From Octopus sinensis (taxonomy: Eukaryota), in contig NW_021834696.1 in the NCBI RefSeq assembly GCF_006345805.1, forward strand, positions 1 to 45,867: DNA of 45,867 bases, given 5' to 3'. Both the position numbers and the translations under genes were made by a program. Shown here piece by piece: positions 11,165-22,996 of this stretch (its first letter is position 1; each line of letters starts with the position of its first letter). Under the pieces are notes generated by a model that worked only from the letters and a program-made list of their open reading frames with translations, was not told the origin of the DNA and searched no databases.

Positions 11165-11550
11165 TGGCTGTGTGATACGTAGCTTACTTACAAACCACAT
11201 GGTTCTGGGTTCAGTCCCACTGCGTGGAACCTTGGAGAAGTGTCTTCTACTATAGTCTCGGGCCGACCAAGGCCTTGTAAGTGAATTTGGTTGACGGAAA
11301 CTGAAAGAAGCCCGTCGTATATATGTATATATGCGTGTGTATATGTATGTGTGTGTGTATGTTTGTGTGTCTGTGCTTGTCCCTCCCTGGTGTGTTTATA
11401 TCCCCGTAACATAGCGGTTCGGCATAAGAGACCCTTAGAATAAGTACTAGACGTACAAAGAATAAGTCGTGGGGTCAATTTGCTCGACTAAAGGCGGTGC
11501 TCCAGTATGGTCACAGTCAAATGACTGAAGCAAGTAAAAGAGTAAAAGAG
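11162..11550 (+). mobile_element. SINE family B, near full length
   Basis: tRNA-like head, internal (TA/TG)n, (GTAAAAGA)n tail. Confidence 0.9.
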
Positions 11551-11559
11551 TATATGCTT

Positions 11560-11625
11560 ATATACAGATATATGCATCAGTGTGTATGTACGTATGTATA
11601 TGTATATATAAATGCATACACATAC

Positions 11626-11661
<36 letters not shown>

Positions 11662-12189
11662 ATACATATATATACATATGCCAATACATGCACACAAATA
11701 TATGTATGTATATATATGTATATATGTGTGTATATATATGTGTATATATATGTACACAATATATGTATATATATCTTTATGCATATATGTGTGTAAATAT
11801 ACGCATATACATATACATACGTGTATACATAAATACACTGGCATCCATGCGTGTACACATACATAGTTAATACATAGAATAGAGCTTATAATAATACTAA
11901 CAGCAATTAAAATATTTTCTTATCAGTCAGAAGAGCAGGGGCGTTATCAATTCAATTTTGTAGGCCTCACCAGACTGGTTAGATTGAAGTGTCTGATACT
12001 AATGATCTGAAAGGGGGAAAAAAATCTGTTTTGATTGGTATTATATATATATGTACACATATGTATATATACACCATGTAACCATACAGTTATATATGTA
12101 ATTATATATACAGTCAGAGACAACATTATGCATTCGCAAGTCAAATACATACACAAACACTTAAACATATATGTGTGTGCACATATGTG

Positions 12190-12246
<57 letters not shown>

Positions 12247-12260
12247 CATACATACATACA

Positions 12261-12324
<64 letters not shown>

Positions 12325-12347
12325 GATATACATATACATATATATAT

Positions 12348-12430
<83 letters not shown>

Positions 12431-12435
12431 CATAT

Positions 12436-12468
<33 letters not shown>

Positions 12469-12470
12469 TA
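11560..12470. repeat. Compound (TA)n/(TG)n/(TACA)n microsatellite field
   Basis: Low-complexity runs that give the YI/CV-rich spurious ORFs; a short unique stretch lies near 11870-12040. Confidence 0.85.
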
Positions 12471-12842
12471 CACGTGTACAGTGTTTTTCCTTTCTTTTAT
12501 ACTGGTGTCAAAATTAGATTTGACGAAAAAATATGCTAAATAATATCTGTTAGATTTGAATAATATTATTTATTATAACTAAACTATTGTGAGTCTCCAC
12601 TCAGATTCAAAATTCTTTAAACTGTTTACTAGGATTCATTATAGAAGTGTCCAAAAACTTTTCTATAGAAAATCACTCTAACTACAATTGTTGTTCCATA
12701 GACAATTTTATGTAATTTTAGATATAATCGATTAAAACTTACAGTTGTTTTGCACATTTTTATGAGTCTATACGATATACTAATAATTCCTGAGTGCTTG
12801 TCTGCTGTGATATCCGAGCATAATGCTTCTAGAAATATGACG

Positions 12843-12888
12843 TTGGACGCCTGAAGATTGCGAACAGGAAATTCCGAGTAGTGAACAA
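12843..12888 (+). ncRNA. Candidate minimal type I hammerhead
   Basis: TTGGACGC-CTGAAGA-TTG CGAA CAG-GAAA-TTC C GAG-TA-GTGAACAA: canonical core, weak stems with G-U pairs and mismatches. Confidence 0.5.
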
Positions 12889-13160
12889 TGCACTCACGAA
12901 TGCGTACAATATATATATATATGCATGTGTGTGTGCGTGTGTGTGTGTGTGTGTGTGGTGTGTGTGTGGTGTGTGTGTGTGTGTGTGTGCGTGTGTGTGC
13001 GTGTGTGTGCCTGCGCGCGCGCGCGTGTGTGTGTTTGTATGATTGTTTGAGTTTGTGTGTGTGTATATATCTATCTATCTATCTATCTACGTACAGATAG
13101 ACACATTTACATATATATACATACACACATACATATTTTTTAAATATATATATATATATG

Positions 13161-13258
<98 letters not shown>

Positions 13259-13819
13259 CATCAAGACGCTTCCAAATAGGAAAGCCCTGTGCTAGAAAGA
13301 GCTGTAGAAAACTCAAACCACCAATTAAGGATAAATTCTCGAAAGGAATGAAAATTAAAAACGTTTACCATCTCAATTATTTCCAAGACCATGGTTTCTA
13401 ACTATTTCCAGCAAAAAAATATTCACTGAGGCCAGTTTTTGTTAGTGGAAAAGCCTTTGGATTTCAAATATACACACAGCCAGATCCACATGTAAAACTA
13501 ACTGCCTGTATATCCTAACTTTTCAGACCACTGCGCAGATGCAAATTATAATTTCTTATTACCCTATTGTTATTATATATATATAATATATATATTATAT
13601 ATATATATAGTATAGAAGAATCAGTAAGTTGTCATAATAGAACCCAGAGTTTCAAATACCAGAACTAAAAGCTTCGAGGCATTTTCATCGGCTATTTAGA
13701 CAATAGTCGCTACGAAAAAAAACCCCGTTGAATAAAAGGGAAGTTACTCTAATAGGCATGAAAAAGTATAAAAGATATATAATACAAAAATATAAAAATT
13801 ATAAAAAATATAAAAAATA

Positions 13820-13920
13820 CACGTAACCACATCTCACAACCTTCTAAAGATGTCTCATCTATGTATATCATGTCCTTGTCTTTACAAGCATCTTCTATGC
13901 ACCTTATGCTGTAGATTACA
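13820..13920 (-). pseudogene. Penelope-like GIY-YIG endonuclease fragment
   Basis: IYSIRCIEDACKDKDMIYIDET; nucleotide-similar to 15241-15305. Confidence 0.7.
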
Positions 13921-13954
13921 CACACACACACACATATATATATATGCATTATAT

Positions 13955-14554
13955 TAATCAAAGGACACATTTAAGTGTCTACCTGCTAGAAATAAGAGTT
14001 AAAACCCTTATTTGGACCACCAAAATATTACACTGAAAATAACAGATTCAATAGTATATGGACGAGCGAACCGAAAAAGATCTCTCACCGTTATAGCATA
14101 AAGCTACATATTTAATGGAACATGTATATATGTGGACCGGTTTCTGGTTTGACCTTCCTCAGCACATCTTAACCCTTAGAAACATCTTTCCAGTCTGCCA
14201 CGTTGATATCTGCTGGTGTCCTTAATTGCTTAGCGCCAAAATGTGGGCAGCCTCAGTGTGAAAAATACTAATCAGCAGCAAAAATATCCAGAATGGAATA
14301 TTTGCAAGATATTTATGTTGTTATTATTATCAATATAACTCAATATAAATAGTCCAGAATAACAACAATATTGATATAGTTGGTTGCAGGCCTAAATTAG
14401 CGTTATATTGCTATAGAATAAAAAAAATATACTAATCAAGGGACACAGTGAAATGTCTACTCGCTCGAAATAATGGCTAAAACCCCTCATTTGGACCACC
14501 AAAATCTTACAGTGAAAATAACAGATATGGCAGTATACGGATAAGCGAACGGAA
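13955..14554 (-). mobile_element. Retrozyme-like element: ~478-bp monomer plus ~120-bp diverged direct repeat
   Basis: Direct repeats 13955-14075 and 14433-14554 (shared ATTTGGACCACCAAAAT...GAAAATAACAGAT); internal hammerhead. Confidence 0.7.
14130..14167 (-). ncRNA. Minimal type I hammerhead ribozyme motif
   Basis: ATGTG-CTGAGGA-A GG TCAAA CC A-GAAA-CCGG-TC-CACAT: canonical core, palindromic stem III ACCGGT, GUC site, 5-bp stem I. Confidence 0.75.
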
Positions 14555-14558
14555 TGTT

Positions 14559-17056
14559 TATGCATGTGTTGACATTTGTATGTATGTATTTATTCTGCAT
14601 AGTCCTGTGTTTCTGTGTTCATGTTTGTGTGCTTGGATGCGTGTGTGGGTTTGTGTGTTTGTATGTGTGAGTATATTTGTGTGTGTACTTCTGCCTCCTT
14701 GTGTGTCTATGTTTGAGTGTGTCTATACGTATGGGCTTGTGTGTCTATTAACGTGCGTCTGTCACATGTTGTTTCGTGTCTCAATTCGTGTCCTTGTGTG
14801 TGCGTGTCTATGGTCATGTGTTTCAGTTTTCATTTGTGTATGTATGTGTGTGTGCTTGTTTGTCTGTATTACCTATATACCTATCTATCTGTTTATCTAT
14901 CTGTTTATTTACATATCCATTTACCTACATATATATATACGTATACATAGCAGCCTACTAACAATTCTACCTGTGTATATATAAGTTGTGGGTATTGAGG
15001 TATAACTTCCTTCTACGTATATTTCCTATTTAGTACTGAGGATGTTTCATTTAAGAGAACCGACTCCTGTACTTTTCTGAGTATTGGGTCCTTCGGGTGC
15101 TTGGATAAAATGCGGATGTCAAGTTCACCCAGTGTGCCTCCATATTGGTCTTTGGCATGTTGGTAGAGTATGGAGGACTATTTTTTGTTGTTATATTGTC
15201 TCAAATCTCCATTTAGTCTCTCGGCAATGCTTCTAGATGGCTCACCTATGTATATCATTTCTTGCCTCTACAAGCACCTTCTATGCAACTTATGCTGTAA
15301 ACTACATTTCTAGTTCTACAATTAATGTCCGCGTTAATCTTACATACCATGCAGTTATTATTGGTGCATGTGGTATTCTCAAAGGAGTAGTCCTACATTG
15401 TTGTGATCTGATGGAGCTCCCTGGCTTTTCAACGATCTTAATGTTGAGTTTGACCTCTTTCAGAGCTTTCCTAACTCTTAGGGCAAGTTCTTCATGGTCT
15501 GTGGCTTCTACAAACAAAACTCCTTGATATGTGTTGGTCTTGTAACACGTGTTCACACTATTTGCTTTGTCACAAGCTCTTTGTATCCTATTCCAATCTG
15601 CAATCAGTATGTTGATTTTTATGTTGTGTGAGAATGCTGAGTTCTTGTGAACAACATATTTAGAAGCTATTGGTTTCAGGTAATAATAGCGAGGAGCTGC
15701 GCTCTGTTGTTCACAGTCTCTAACCAAAGTTCAATGTCAAGGACAGGAAGCTATTGTTAGGGTGCATAGTGGGTAATCTATAGTTACCTTGATACTTTGA
15801 TGGATCGAGTTCGCTATTTGCTGGATGCTTTCCATTATGTTCCTCTCAGTTTGTACATTATAGTTACTAGAGTTTGTCCTAACTAGAATATTTAATGTCA
15901 TCTACATACCTACAAAGCAGTTGTGGATTGTTTCGTTAAGGATTGTTTAAGTTTTCTGTCCCATGAGGTCATGAAGAGGGCAGCCACATCTCCATTCACA
16001 GCGACACCAATAGCTGCAACTTGAACCTGCATGTATACTTTCCTGTTAAACTTTACTATGTGGTTCTTCAAGGTGGTTCTTATGCTAGCCCCTATTGCAT
16101 GTGCAATCATTCTTTTCACCTGACTGTTGTTCCCAGGGTCCTGTGTGGGTATGGCCCAGCCACTCCACCGCTCCGTGGTGCTTTTCTTTACTGCCGAGGT
16201 GTTGGTGGGTGGTCTTCCCCTCTGTGATCTGATGGGGCAGAATCTACTAAGGTCATGGTTGTCTGGGTAGTTACAGTCATATGTTAGTTTAAGGAAGAGG
16301 CCCAGTTGCCCCGTGCTGACTTCGTGGAACTCTACTTCAATCTCACAGATAATCTCAATGCATTTTTCCACAGTAAAATCTGTCTTTAGATGGGTAGGGT
16401 GAAACTACATCCATACAACCCACTACACAACCTGTGAGGTCGCTGGAGTGGTTGCAACTACTGATTCTATTGAGGAGATCCTCCATTCTCAAACAGGCAT
16501 CTGGGGACATTTCAATGAGTGGTCGTAACACCTGTCAGAGGAAGTAGGACAGTCTTTAATTAGAGGGGGTATTCGCTGCGGAAACTGGCCGGGCTGGGGA
16601 TCCCATAACAGGGTTTACGTAGAGTTTATGGTTTTTACGTAACCTGTATAGTGTAGGGTGTCATGTAGACGTCTCTCTCTCCCCCTCCACCCCCTCTCTC
16701 TCTCTGTATATATATATATATGTAGGTGATTGAATTTGTAAGTAAACAGATAGATCGGTACATAGGTAATACGAACAGACAAGCACACACGCATATACAT
16801 ACAGAAATGAAAGCTGAAACACATGACCACATACACATACAAATACTTCACGCACACAAACAAGGACACATAAAAACGCACATCCATACGTAATAGATGC
16901 ACGTACATAGTCACACAGACCCATACACATAGACACACTTAAACACATGTGCACACAAAGAGACAAAGGTACACACATAAATACGCATAAACATGAATAC
17001 ACAAACACATGAATATGCAGAATACATACATACATACAACTGTACACACATGCATA
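14559..17056. repeat. Diverged inverted repeat arms (14559-14940 and 16697-17056) of cryptic TG-rich sequence
   Basis: Shared non-periodic words in opposite orientation, e.g. GGTCATGTGTTTCAG, TATTACCTAT and ATTCTGCATA. Confidence 0.7.
15010..16400 (-). mobile_element. Penelope-like retroelement relic (RT, thumb, Cys linker, GIY-YIG)
   Basis: NHIVKFNRKVYMQ...AIG..V.GDVAALFM; RYVDDI at ~15896-15913; YLKPIASKYVVH; NNCMVC...CRTRNVVYSISC...YIGE; many frameshifts and stops. Confidence 0.85.
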
Positions 17057-17068
17057 CATATATATATA

Positions 17069-17488
17069 CTCTTTTACTCTTTTACTTGTTTCAGTCATTT
17101 GACTGCGGCCATGCTGGAGCACCGCCTTTAATCGAGCAACTCGACCCCAGGACTTATTCTTTTGTAAGCCTAGTACTTATTCTATCGCTATCTTTTGCCG
17201 AACCGCTTAGTAACGGGGGCATAAGCACACCAGCATCGGTTGTCAAGCAATGCTAGGGGGACAAATACAGACACACAAATACACACAGACATATATATAT
17301 ATATATTATATATATATACATATATACGACGGGCTTCTTTCAGTTTCCGTCTACCAAATACACTTACAAGGCTTTGGTCGGCCCGAGGCTATAGTAGAAG
17401 ACACTCGCCCAAGGTGCCACGCAGTGGGAATGAACCCGGAACCATGTGGTTGGTAAACAAGCTACTTACCACACAGCCACTCCTGCGC
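17069..17488 (-). mobile_element. SINE family B, full length
   Basis: Complete head to tail on the minus strand. Confidence 0.92.
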
Positions 17489-18024
17489 ATCACACACACG
17501 CACAAACACACACATGCATATATATATGCATACACATACATGCATACACACATACATATACGCATACATAGATACATAGATACCTACATATGTGTATACA
17601 CATGCACACACACGCAAACAAACAAACAAGCAAAAAGAACGAAGCTCGGATAACGAACAGAGTCAACGTCTATTGGAAAGGTTACAAGACGCAACAAAAA
17701 TTTTAGAAAAAAAACAAATAAGTAAATGAGTGGAAATCGAACCGGTGAGTGTGTTAAATAATAAAGCAGTAAAAGAGAATGACTCTCCCCAGACACAATA
17801 AAATATGCTTCAACAAACGAATTCACATAATCTTGCAAACCAAACACATAAGCCAAATATATATATATATGTTCATTTTTATACTTTTTGAGATCTAGTT
17901 ATATGTTTTATAAAAATATATTTTATTTGTTATTTATGTTTTGGTTTATATTTATCACTGTTTGAGTTGCATAATAGTGGTTTTATCTCTAATTTATATA
18001 TTATATATATAGTATATTATATAT

Positions 18025-18059
<35 letters not shown>

Positions 18060-18180
18060 GGTATGATAGGCATATAAACATCCATAATATACATATATAT
18101 ATATAGATATATATATATATATTATATATATATATATATATATTCTATATATATATACACACAGACATATAATTATATAT

Positions 18181-18272
<92 letters not shown>

Positions 18273-18633
18273 GGTGTCTATATACTTACCATGCCACGTA
18301 CTTTGAAATTGAAAGGACTATTCAGAAATTGTGATGGACCCAAATTTTCTGATCTGATGCTTGATTTAGACAGAAATTGAACTGCGAATGTTAAGACTAA
18401 CCTAAATTTGGAAAGGTCATTTTATCTGTCACTGTACTGATTTTGTAGGACCCCTATTCTTTGTCAGTACATTATTTGTGAGAACACATAGTCAGAAGAA
18501 ATTAAATGGTGGTGTAATGTATCTTTTCTGAAAGGTTGCTAAAGAAAATTTTGAACGTTCGATCGGCGAAAATTGAACACTCAAGCGTCACCTTCGGCAG
18601 ATGAGTCCATCACACACACACACACAAACACAC

Positions 18634-18683
<50 letters not shown>

Positions 18684-18816
18684 GGTCTTTCAGTTCCATC
18701 TACCAAATCAATTCACGTGGCTTTGGTCGACTTCAGGGTATATAGTAAAAGATAAATGCCTAAGGTGTCATGCAGTGGAACTGAACACGCACAACCATGT
18801 GGTTGGGAAGTAAGCT

Positions 18817-20564
18817 CCATTATTTTATGAAATTGGCCATGAAGGCCTTACATAGAAGGGACAGCATAAGGTGGAGACAAAAGAAAACGAAACGAATGAA
18901 GGGAATGAATTTCTATCATGAAAGATAAAATGAAGCCGCTCAGCCCCAGCCCCGAGCGACTTCATTCAACCTGTTTATGCAACCTTTTTCTAAACTAGTT
19001 TATAATGCTACTTTTTCTTTTTAGCAACAGCTAATTACCATCCTTCTGAAGAATGTTTACGTTATATATTTTTTTAAATATCCTGAAAACTTACTTGTTT
19101 CTGAATTGAGCTGGTGTCCAACTTCTTGACCCACCACCTATAGTCTTGATTTACCTCGTAGTCCTTCAATTCTGACATATATTCTGGGTCTGCCACTACA
19201 CAACGAATGTACTCGGGTACCCACTTCACTCCTGATACATCCATTTTTGTAGCATTGTTCCACAAGTCTATTTTGTCATACAGTTCTTCGTTTTCTGCAT
19301 TGTACAATTTATGTTTTTTTCATGGGCGAGAGTGGGAAAATTTGGGGCTCCTGTGTGCTTGTGTTTGCCTTCATGTCAGGAGAGGCATGGAGAGGGCTGG
19401 TGTCTGTAGGGGTTGGTTTGGGTATATTTGGGTGTGGGTGGAAGTCGGGTGGGTGTTGTTTGGTAGACATCCTTCACCATATGTGTCCTCTTCCTCCTCT
19501 TCCTGCTCTTCTTCTTCACCGTTTCCCAGCTGGTATTCGATTCCTCCTCCTCGACGCTGGTGCCTATCTTCTGCCGTTCCACCGCACATACTTCTTCTTC
19601 CACAGGAAGTGTAGCATCAACCACTTCTTCCTTCTGTCTCTTCTTGTCTTTTTCTAGTGATGGAGGACATTCCGCTTTAACGTGGCCTGAAAGGCCACAT
19701 TTATAACATCGCAGAATCCTCCCTTCCACTCTGACCTTTAAATTCGTCTCTCCCACTGTGATACTTTCGACCATTTTTTCGATGTCCTCCACCGCGATAT
19801 ACACTACCATGTCAAGGGTTTGTCCCTTCTAGTTCTTATGAGGTGTTCTGGTGGCCTGTAGGACCACCACCTTCTCCTCCATTCCAAGTAGTATAGCAGC
19901 CACCAGACAGGCTTCATCCACCTCTGGGGGTATTTCCTCCACCCTAACCCTACTAGCACGTCTCCCAAGGTATACAGTTAGAAGAACTACCTCATTCGTT
20001 TTCAGCGGTGTTGCCGAGTGCAGCCTGGCGATAGCTACCTTTTCGAACTGCACCTCTATCGTTCCAACCTTTTTACCTCTGGCAGAGTACGAAATCCCTT
20101 GCCAGACTGGTCTTAATACCTTTTCTATCTGTACCGTAGACATGTTCTCAGTTTTTCCATCTGCCACCGAATACGTCCTATAAACTACCGTTCTTTCCGC
20201 TGTTTTCTTTAAGACTTCTTCGTGTGGTGGGGAGAAACACCTTCACTTCGTTCCCCCCACTTTTCAGCATTCCCTTATACTTGCTTGCATCTTCCAGCCT
20301 TAAGTCTTTGTACTTCGCTGCAGCATAACTTCTATTTTCCATAGCTTTGTCTATTTTCTTCAAATACTCTACCATTTCTTCCTCAGACGACACATAGTCC
20401 GAGGGAGGGTAGCTTTCTACGTTTGATACAGAACAACTTAAACTTTCGCAACTCCTCACTCGATACCTCTCCATTACTCAAGAGGAAAAATGTCGCACAG
20501 TAAAAAAAAAGAAAACACGTCTATCTCACATAAATACAACGAAACAAATAAACCATGGTAAACC
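18817..20564 (-). mobile_element. ORF1-only non-autonomous retroelement E2
   Basis: TSD GGAAGTAAGCT at 18806-18816 and 20565-20575; decayed ORF1 homologous to E1; 3' end AAAATAA. Confidence 0.85.
19074..20474 (-). pseudogene. Disrupted ORF1/gag-like zinc-knuckle protein of E2
   Basis: Fragments 20178-20474, 19829-20167, 19376-19810 and 19074-19307; canonical CYKCGLSGHVKAEC; TAG at 19829 aligns with W of E1 (DWEG vs N*KG); frameshifts near 20225 and 19320-19380. Confidence 0.8.
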
Positions 20565-20580
20565 GGAAGTAAGCTTCTTA

Positions 20581-20810
20581 TTTCTTTACTGCCCACAAGG
20601 GGCTACACACAGAGGGGACAAACAACGACAGACAAAACGGATTAAGTCGATTATATCGACCCTAGTGCGTAACTGGTACTTAATTTACCGGCCCCGAAAG
20701 GATGAAAAGCAAAGTCAACCTCGGTTGAATTTGAACTCAGAACGTAGCGACAGACAAAATACCGCTAAGCATTTCGCCGGGTGTGCTTACGTTTCTGCTA
20801 GTTCATCGCC
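20581..20810 (-). mobile_element. SINE family A nested in a SINE-B head
   Basis: Full head and body; flanking CTTCTTA at 20574-20580 and 20810-20816. Confidence 0.88.
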
Positions 20811-20839
20811 TTCTTACTACACAGCAGCGCCTGCACTTA

Positions 20840-20880
20840 TATATAATTATATATTATATATAATATATATATATATATAT

Positions 20881-20915
<35 letters not shown>

Positions 20916-20926
20916 GTATATATAGA

Positions 20927-20967
<41 letters not shown>

Positions 20968-21077
20968 TATATGTATGTATGTATATATATACTATATATA
21001 TATATATATATATATATGTAATATATATATATACATATATTTATATATATATATATATATATTATATATATTATATA

Positions 21078-21115
<38 letters not shown>

Positions 21116-21132
21116 TTATATATATATATTAT

Positions 21133-21191
<59 letters not shown>

Positions 21192-21210
21192 TATATATGT
21201 ACATATGCAC
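20840..21210. repeat. Long interrupted (TA)n microsatellite
   Basis: Direct reading. Confidence 0.9.
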
Positions 21211-21794
21211 ATATATATTCCTTCTACTAGAATGCTGAATTCACTTCTGTTTTAGATATTTTAGAACACTTCACCGTATATCTAGGTTAATACTTCTTAA
21301 CATTTTGTGTCTCGTAACTGGGATTTGCTTTAGTGAAATTACCTTGAGAGAATTTGTATATATATTTCCAATCCGTCTTCATTATTGAATAAAATACATC
21401 GTACCAATGTATTACGTGTTTTGTCATCGGTCTGTTGAATCAATGTCTGAAAGGGAATTATTATTGACTAATGTGTTGATGGCTCAGCATGGAGAGTAAA
21501 CTCGTGTCTGGAGCCAGTAAAAAAGTAAAACTATAGGGAAACTAGAAGGTACTATTACATATATATAAGGTAATATTACAGATCAGTCAGATATCAATGA
21601 GTATACAAGACAAGGGACACTGAAAACATTGGGAAATCAACAGAATAAAGTATTTCCTGCTTGTATAATGTATCTCGTTGTTATATGGTCGTCGTTGTTC
21701 TCGTTTATCCCAGGTCATCTTCACTAGAGCAGACCCATAGTTAAATGTATTCAAGACATGATCAACTCGTAATTTTTGTCTTCTAGATCAACAT

Positions 21795-22095
21795 TGTGGA
21801 GGCACATGGCCTCGTGGTTAGAGCAGCGGACTCGCGGTCGAAGGATCACGGGTGCGAATCTCAGACCGGGCGACGTGTGTGCTTATGAGCAAAACACCTA
21901 AGCTCCACGCGGCTCCGGCAGAAGGTAATAGCGAACTTCTGCTGACTCTTTCGCCACAACTTTCTCTCACTCTTTCCTCCTGTGTCTTGCAGCTCACCTG
22001 CGACGGACCGGCGTCCTGTCCAGGTGGGGAACCTATACGCCTAGGAAACCGGGAAACCGGCCCTTATGAGCCAGGCATGGCTCGAGAAGGAACAA
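21795..22095 (+). mobile_element. SINE family C-related variant (same head, different 3' body)
   Basis: TGTGGAGGCACATGGCCTCGTGGTTAGAGCAGCGGACTCGCGG head, shared AAAACACCTAAAGCTCCAC. Confidence 0.75.
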
Positions 22096-22134
22096 ATAGA
22101 TCTACATGAGCCAGTAACTTTGATAATTTATGTG

Positions 22135-22356
22135 TTTCAGTCATTGGACTGCGGCCATTCTAGGACTCTGCCTTGGGATGTTTAGTTCAACAAATCGAGC
22201 CCCGCTAGGACTAATTCTTTGTAAGCCTAGTACTTATACTATCTGTCTCTTTTGCCGAACCGCTAAGCTACGGGTACGCAAACACACCAGCATCGGTTGT
22301 CAAGTGATGATGGGGGAACAAACACAGACACACATATACATGTATGTATATATATG

Positions 22357-22388
<32 letters not shown>

Positions 22389-22996
22389 GTGTGTGTGTGT
22401 GTGTGTGTGTGCGTGTGTGTGTCTGAAAGGCGCAGGAGTGGCTGTGTGGTAAGTAGCTTCCTTACCAACCACATAGTTCCGGGTCCAGTCCCACTGTGTG
22501 GGAGTTTGGGCAAGTGTCTTCTACTGTAGCCTCGAGTCAACCAAAGCCTTGCGAGTGGATTTGGTAGACGGAAACTGAAAGAAGCCCGTCGTATAAATGT
22601 ATGTACGTGTGTATGTTTGTGTGTCTGTGTTTGTCCCCCAAGATCGGTTGACAACCGATGCTGGTGTGTTTACGTCCCCGTAACTTAGCGGTTCGGCAAA
22701 AGTGACCGATAGAATAAGTACTAGGCTTACAAAGAATATGTTCTGGGGTCGATTTGCTCGACTAAAGGTGGTGCTCCAGCATGGCCGCAGTCAAATGACT
22801 GAAACAAGTAAAAGAGTAAAAGAGTATATATACGATGGACTTCTTTCAGTTTCCGCCTACCAAATCTACCCACAAGGCTTTTTTTCATCCTGAGGCTATA
22901 GTAGAAGACACTTGCCCAAGATGCCACGCAAGAGGACCAAACCCGGAAACATGTGGTTGGTAAGCAGGCTACTTACCACATAGCCACTCCTGCGCC
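22135..22996. mobile_element. Minus-strand SINE-B (22135-22335 and 22832-22996) with a plus-strand SINE-B (22429-22824) nested in its internal microsatellite
   Basis: Order 3' half (-), full copy (+), 5' half (-). Confidence 0.85.

Larger units (their letters stand above)
18681..20846 (-). mobile_element. SINE family B 5' half split into 20811-20846, 20565-20580 and 18681-18816
   Basis: The pieces join to give (rc) ...CAACCAC GGAAGTAAGCT TCTTA CTACACAGCAGCGCCTGCAC, matching the B head; interrupted by SINE-A and E2. Confidence 0.8.

Noticed and set aside
11488-13401. Numerous overlapping YI/CV/HT-rich ORFs (also near 7044, 20906, 28334, 35234, 37209 and 44715-45547)
   Set aside because: Translations of microsatellites; they lack stops because of repeat composition.
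13421-13462. Hammerhead-like CTGAGGC...GAAAAGCCTT-TGGAT
   Set aside because: Needs at least two core or stem III changes to fit; kept only as a possible decayed family member.
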